A stretch of 25,454 bases of DNA from a virus (Duplodnaviria; Caudoviricetes), in the IMG/VR virus record IMGVR_UViG_3300012352_000834, positions 1-25,454 of that record, one strand, 5' to 3'. Both the position numbers and the translations under genes were made by a program. Below are positions 22,507 to 25,454 of the stretch, one piece after another (the first letter of the stretch is position 1; each line of letters opens with the position of its first letter). The notes beneath the pieces are model-generated. The model had not been told where the DNA came from, searched no databases, and saw only the letters and a list, made by a program, of their open reading frames with translations.

Positions 22507-22692
22507 ATGCCCAAAGAAATCGGCTTTCGGGCCGACGTCACATCTGGCAACGCCGATGTGAACGTCCCCCAAATACTACGCAAACTCGCCGACCGGATCG
22601 AATCCGGCGTCGAAGGATACTTCACCCTCTTTGACACCAATGGGAACCATGTTGGTTCTGCCTTCTACGAAATCTGGGAGACCGAAGAATGA
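22507..22692 (+). CDS. Hypothetical protein (61 aa), ILRKLADRIE...DTNGNHVG family
   Basis: GGAG RBS 6 nt before ATG 22507; ATGA overlap with next gene. Confidence 0.75.
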   Translation: MPKEIGFRADVTSGNADVNVPQILRKLADRIESGVEGYFTLFDTNGNHVGSAFYEIWETEE

Positions 22693-23081
22693 ACCTCGAA
22701 GAGATCTACGAACACTGCCTCATGCTCGAGCGCGTAATCAGTTCCAAGGGCTACTTCCGTGCTGAGGTGGAGTTCCACCTCAACTGGATCGGCCGCAAGT
22801 ATTCGCTCGGCGTGGAATATCGGACCAACGCGGATGACTACAACAGCCGCGTGTTCCAGACGTTCCGCAGCGAGACCGACGTTCTGGACGTCGTCACCCA
22901 GGCCACCGACTACGTCTACGCGATCGTCCACTTCGACGAGATCAAGCGTGAGCAGTTCCTCGAACGTCTCGCCCATCTGGTCGAAGACGCCGAGAAGCTG
23001 AACATCGAGATCCCGGCCCTTCGTCCGGTCTTCGAAGAATACCGCAACAACCTTCTGACCTATCAGCCAGCAGCGGAGTAA
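22689..23081 (+). CDS. Hypothetical protein (130 aa)
   Basis: GGAG RBS, typical codons, ATGA coupling. Confidence 0.8.
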   Translation: MNLEEIYEHCLMLERVISSKGYFRAEVEFHLNWIGRKYSLGVEYRTNADDYNSRVFQTFRSETDVLDVVTQATDYVYAIVHFDEIKREQFLERLAHLVEDAEKLNIEIPALRPVFEEYRNNLLTYQPAAE

Positions 23082-23086
23082 TTCCC

Positions 23087-23536
23087 ATGAACCACGCAAA
23101 TCTCAAGCAGCTCATCGACTGGCTCGACCGCGGCGCACCCGAGGTCGTGTTCTCGATGAACATCGGCCTTCGGGGCCTCCACGAAGTCATCGACTCCGAC
23201 GGTGATTTCGAATTCGAACTCCCGACGTCAGAGGAAGACAAGCTCAGATCTGGCTCCTGTGGCTCCGTCTGCTGCATTGCAGGCGCAGCCGCACAGTTCG
23301 GCGGGGCACCCATCGTCAATGAATTCGGCTGGGCCGACATTCAGGAGAAGGCCCTCGCCTTCCTGGGTCTGCCCAACGACCACGGCTACCACATGCTGCC
23401 TGTGTTCGACCCCGACAACGCACCCGAAGCATGCACCCCGAAGCAGGCAGCGCAGGCTCTCAAGCTTTGGGCCGAGCATGCCGACACCAACCCCGCCTTT
23501 GACCCTTGGCCACAGGAAGAAACCGAATGCCTCTGA
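23087..23536 (+). CDS. CGxxCCIAG-motif protein, paralogue 1
   Basis: WLDRGAP..FSM..CGSVCCIAG..LGL..TPKQAAQA..PW; GGAG RBS. Confidence 0.85.
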   Translation: MNHANLKQLIDWLDRGAPEVVFSMNIGLRGLHEVIDSDGDFEFELPTSEEDKLRSGSCGSVCCIAGAAAQFGGAPIVNEFGWADIQEKALAFLGLPNDHGYHMLPVFDPDNAPEACTPKQAAQALKLWAEHADTNPAFDPWPQEETECL

Positions 23537-23955
23537 ACATCGACAAACTGACCCAGCTGGCCCGTTGGCTCGACGCTGGCGCACCGCACATCATCTTCAA
23601 CATGCGTGAGGGGATCGACTACGATCCCCTCGAGCGCATCCCCGAGATCATCAAAGATCAGGTGGGTGTGGGTGAGTGCGGCACGACCTGCTGCATCGCG
23701 GGCTACGCGGTCTCGCTCGAGAACAACAAGTTCTCGATCAATCCCAACGCCCACCACCCCGCCTGGCCCGACGTTCGGGACCAGGCTCTCAAGATCTTGG
23801 GTCTTCCCGAGCAGAAAGACAGCGCGAACATGGGCCACGCTCTGTTCGACTTCCGGCTGGCACCAGACCGCTGCACCCCGCAGCAGGCGGCACAGGCTGT
23901 GCGCCGCATGATCTCCCACCCCCGCACCAAGAACCCATGGAAGTATGTGAAATGA
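23527..23955 (+). CDS. CGxxCCIAG-motif protein, paralogue 2
   Basis: WLDAGAP..FNM..CGTTCCIAG..LGL..TPQQAAQA..PW; start MPLNID by alignment and AGGA RBS. Confidence 0.85.
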   Translation: MPLNIDKLTQLARWLDAGAPHIIFNMREGIDYDPLERIPEIIKDQVGVGECGTTCCIAGYAVSLENNKFSINPNAHHPAWPDVRDQALKILGLPEQKDSANMGHALFDFRLAPDRCTPQQAAQAVRRMISHPRTKNPWKYVK

Positions 23956-24386
23956 CAATGAACAAAGATCTACTGGAATTGACTGCCGCATGGCTCGAAG
24001 CCGGGGCACCTGAGCGCCGTTTCGACATGAGCAAGATGGTCGAATACGACGGCGACACCGCACCAAACAACTGGTGCGGCACGACGTGCTGCATCGCGGG
24101 CTACGTCTGGCAGATGGACAAGACCGCCGACTCCTTCGCCAACATACCCAGCATCTACGGCATTTGGGATCGCATCGAACACGAAGCGGCCAAGGCTTTG
24201 GGTCTGGATTTCAAGACAGCTCACCGGCTGTTCTACCCCACCAGCACCGAGTCGGGTGAGAACTACCCCGGCTACTGGCACGACATCACTGCAGATCAGG
24301 CAGCGCAGGCTGTCCGCAACGTAATCAATCGGGGCGCTTCCTACTGGGAAGACATCCTCGACTTCACCGAGGAAGACTACGCATGA
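23952..24386 (+). CDS. CGxxCCIAG-motif protein, paralogue 3
   Basis: WLEAGAP..FDM..CGTTCCIAG..LGL..TADQAAQA..YW; ATGA overlap fixes the start at 23952, not 23676. Confidence 0.85.
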   Translation: MTMNKDLLELTAAWLEAGAPERRFDMSKMVEYDGDTAPNNWCGTTCCIAGYVWQMDKTADSFANIPSIYGIWDRIEHEAAKALGLDFKTAHRLFYPTSTESGENYPGYWHDITADQAAQAVRNVINRGASYWEDILDFTEEDYA

Positions 24387-24763
24387 CACCACAGGAGATG
24401 TTCGACACGGCCTATCTGAAGGTCATTCAGCAAGGCCAGAGGTCCGTGAAGCCCACCGGGGGCTGCGCCTACCGCGGACAATCCAACACAAAGTGTGCGA
24501 TCGGCCACATGATCCCGGACAACTTGGCCAAGGCTTGGGACGATCGCACCAACTCTTCGATCCTGCAGATTCGGGACACAAAGAGACATCCGATTCCTGT
24601 TTTTCTCATCAATAACAGGATGTTGGCGGCTGATATTCAATCGGCCCACGACAACAGCGCCGACTATGACCGCGGCACCTTCATCAGCGAGTTCAAGTAT
24701 CGCATGGCCCAAGTGGCCAAAGACCACAAACTCACCATCCCTCAACTGGAGACCACAGAATGA
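24383..24763 (+). CDS. Hypothetical Cys/His-motif protein (CAYRG..KCAIG..IPD..IQSAHD)
   Basis: ATGA coupling; putative metal-binding residues; pattern I recognise from phage hypothetical proteins. Confidence 0.8.
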   Translation: MTPQEMFDTAYLKVIQQGQRSVKPTGGCAYRGQSNTKCAIGHMIPDNLAKAWDDRTNSSILQIRDTKRHPIPVFLINNRMLAADIQSAHDNSADYDRGTFISEFKYRMAQVAKDHKLTIPQLETTE

Positions 24764-25454
24764 AATCCATCATCGCACTGCTTCTGACTACTGGCATCGC
24801 CTACGCCGAGCCCCTGATCATTGGGGCCGGCAAGTCCGGTGGGGGCTATGACAACGCCGCCCAGAAGCTTTCTGTTCGACTGCAACAGAGAAACACCGAC
24901 GCCGTCGTGTCCAACTTCAACGGCAGCGACGAGATCACCCTGGCTCTGTGCCAGAAGACCGCCGATATCGGCTACTCGCAGATCGACGCGATCTACGCCC
25001 GTGGTCAGGAAGGCTGCTTCCTCAAGCCGATCGGCATCTACGGCGTGGAATACGGGATGATCTTCTTCCCGCCCAAGTCCGACTTCGATGAGCTGGAAGA
25101 TCTCGACGGCAGCGCCAAGATCCTCGTCGACACCGTTGGCTCCGGGTCCGAGCTGTTTTGGAACACGATCGTGTCGATCGAGACCAACCCTGACATGGGT
25201 TCCGAAGACGACTGGGCCAAGGCCACCGCCGTCTACGAGCCGATCGACATGGCACCCACGCTCGGTTCCTTCGGTGAGATCGACGCCGTTGTTCTGGTCC
25301 GCAAGCCGGGATCGAACGACGTGGCCTTCCTGCAAGAGCAGGGCTGGCAGATGGGCTGGCTCTACGACAAGGACATCAACGATCTGATGTTCAACGACGT
25401 GCCGCTCTACGAGTCCGACAGCCAGTCGGCATCCTACGCCGTGCGCTCGTTCCT
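24760..25454 (+). CDS. TAXI-family TRAP-transporter solute-binding-like protein with signal peptide; runs off window, so absent from ORF track
   Basis: MKSIIALLLTTGIAYA|EPLIIGAGKSGGGY...NGSDEITLALCQKTADIGYSQIDA...VGSGS matches the TAXI pattern (IaTG..gG.Y / GS..N..ll....aD.a..Q.D / GSGt); GGAG RBS, ATGA overlap, no stop to window end. Confidence 0.8.
   Translation, partial: MKSIIALLLTTGIAYAEPLIIGAGKSGGGYDNAAQKLSVRLQQRNTDAVVSNFNGSDEITLALCQKTADIGYSQIDAIYARGQEGCFLKPIGIYGVEYGMIFFPPKSDFDELEDLDGSAKILVDTVGSGSELFWNTIVSIETNPDMGSEDDWAKATAVYEPIDMAPTLGSFGEIDAVVLVRKPGSNDVAFLQEQGWQMGWLYDKDINDLMFNDVPLYESDSQSASYAVRSF

Larger units (their letters stand above)
1..25454. mobile_element. Tailed dsDNA bacteriophage genome fragment (siphovirus-like); no integrase or host genes in window
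   Basis: Terminase-portal-protease-capsid-neck-tail tube order, primase-helicase, dense small early genes with ATGA/TGATG overlaps. Confidence 0.97.

Noticed and set aside
23676-23951. N-terminal extension of ORF 23676-24386
   Set aside because: Overlaps paralogue 2 out of frame; alignment and ATGA overlap place the start at 23952
23087-24386. Diversity-generating retroelement explaining the paralogue similarity
   Set aside because: No reverse transcriptase in window, shared blocks are short, and differences are not adenine-specific
1-25454. tRNA, rRNA, integrase, lysis genes, tail-chaperone frameshift
   Set aside because: None recognised; tail chaperone and tape measure genes would lie left of the window

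Overview
A ~25 kb slice of a GC-rich tailed dsDNA phage, probably a siphovirus of an alphaproteobacterium (host is inference only). Left two-thirds, minus strand: the morphogenesis operon. It runs lambda-GpA-type terminase large subunit, portal, a five-gene fibre-like cassette including a 1055-aa protein with ~34 20-aa repeats, prohead protease/scaffold, decoration protein, major capsid, head-tail joining genes and major tail tube, with an antisense Arc-family repressor embedded. Middle, plus strand: a helical 149-aa gene and a Prim-Pol/D5-helicase. The helicase gene carries what looks like a complete dnaX-style -1 ribosomal frameshift signal (internal SD, T TTT TTT, 3' stem-loop) leading into a 107-codon Cys-containing alternative C-terminus. 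From ~19.0 to 21.3 kb is a repeat- and hairpin-rich region that probably holds the genome end and possibly the origin; a ~1.4 kb part of it has no TCGA/AGCT and encodes one Ala-rich protein. The right end is an early/accessory operon: small membrane and basic peptides, a T7 gp0.7-like kinase, three tandem paralogues with a CGxxCCIAG motif, a CxYRG..KCAIG protein and a truncated TAXI-family solute-binding protein. All calls come from reading motifs and synteny; no searches were run.
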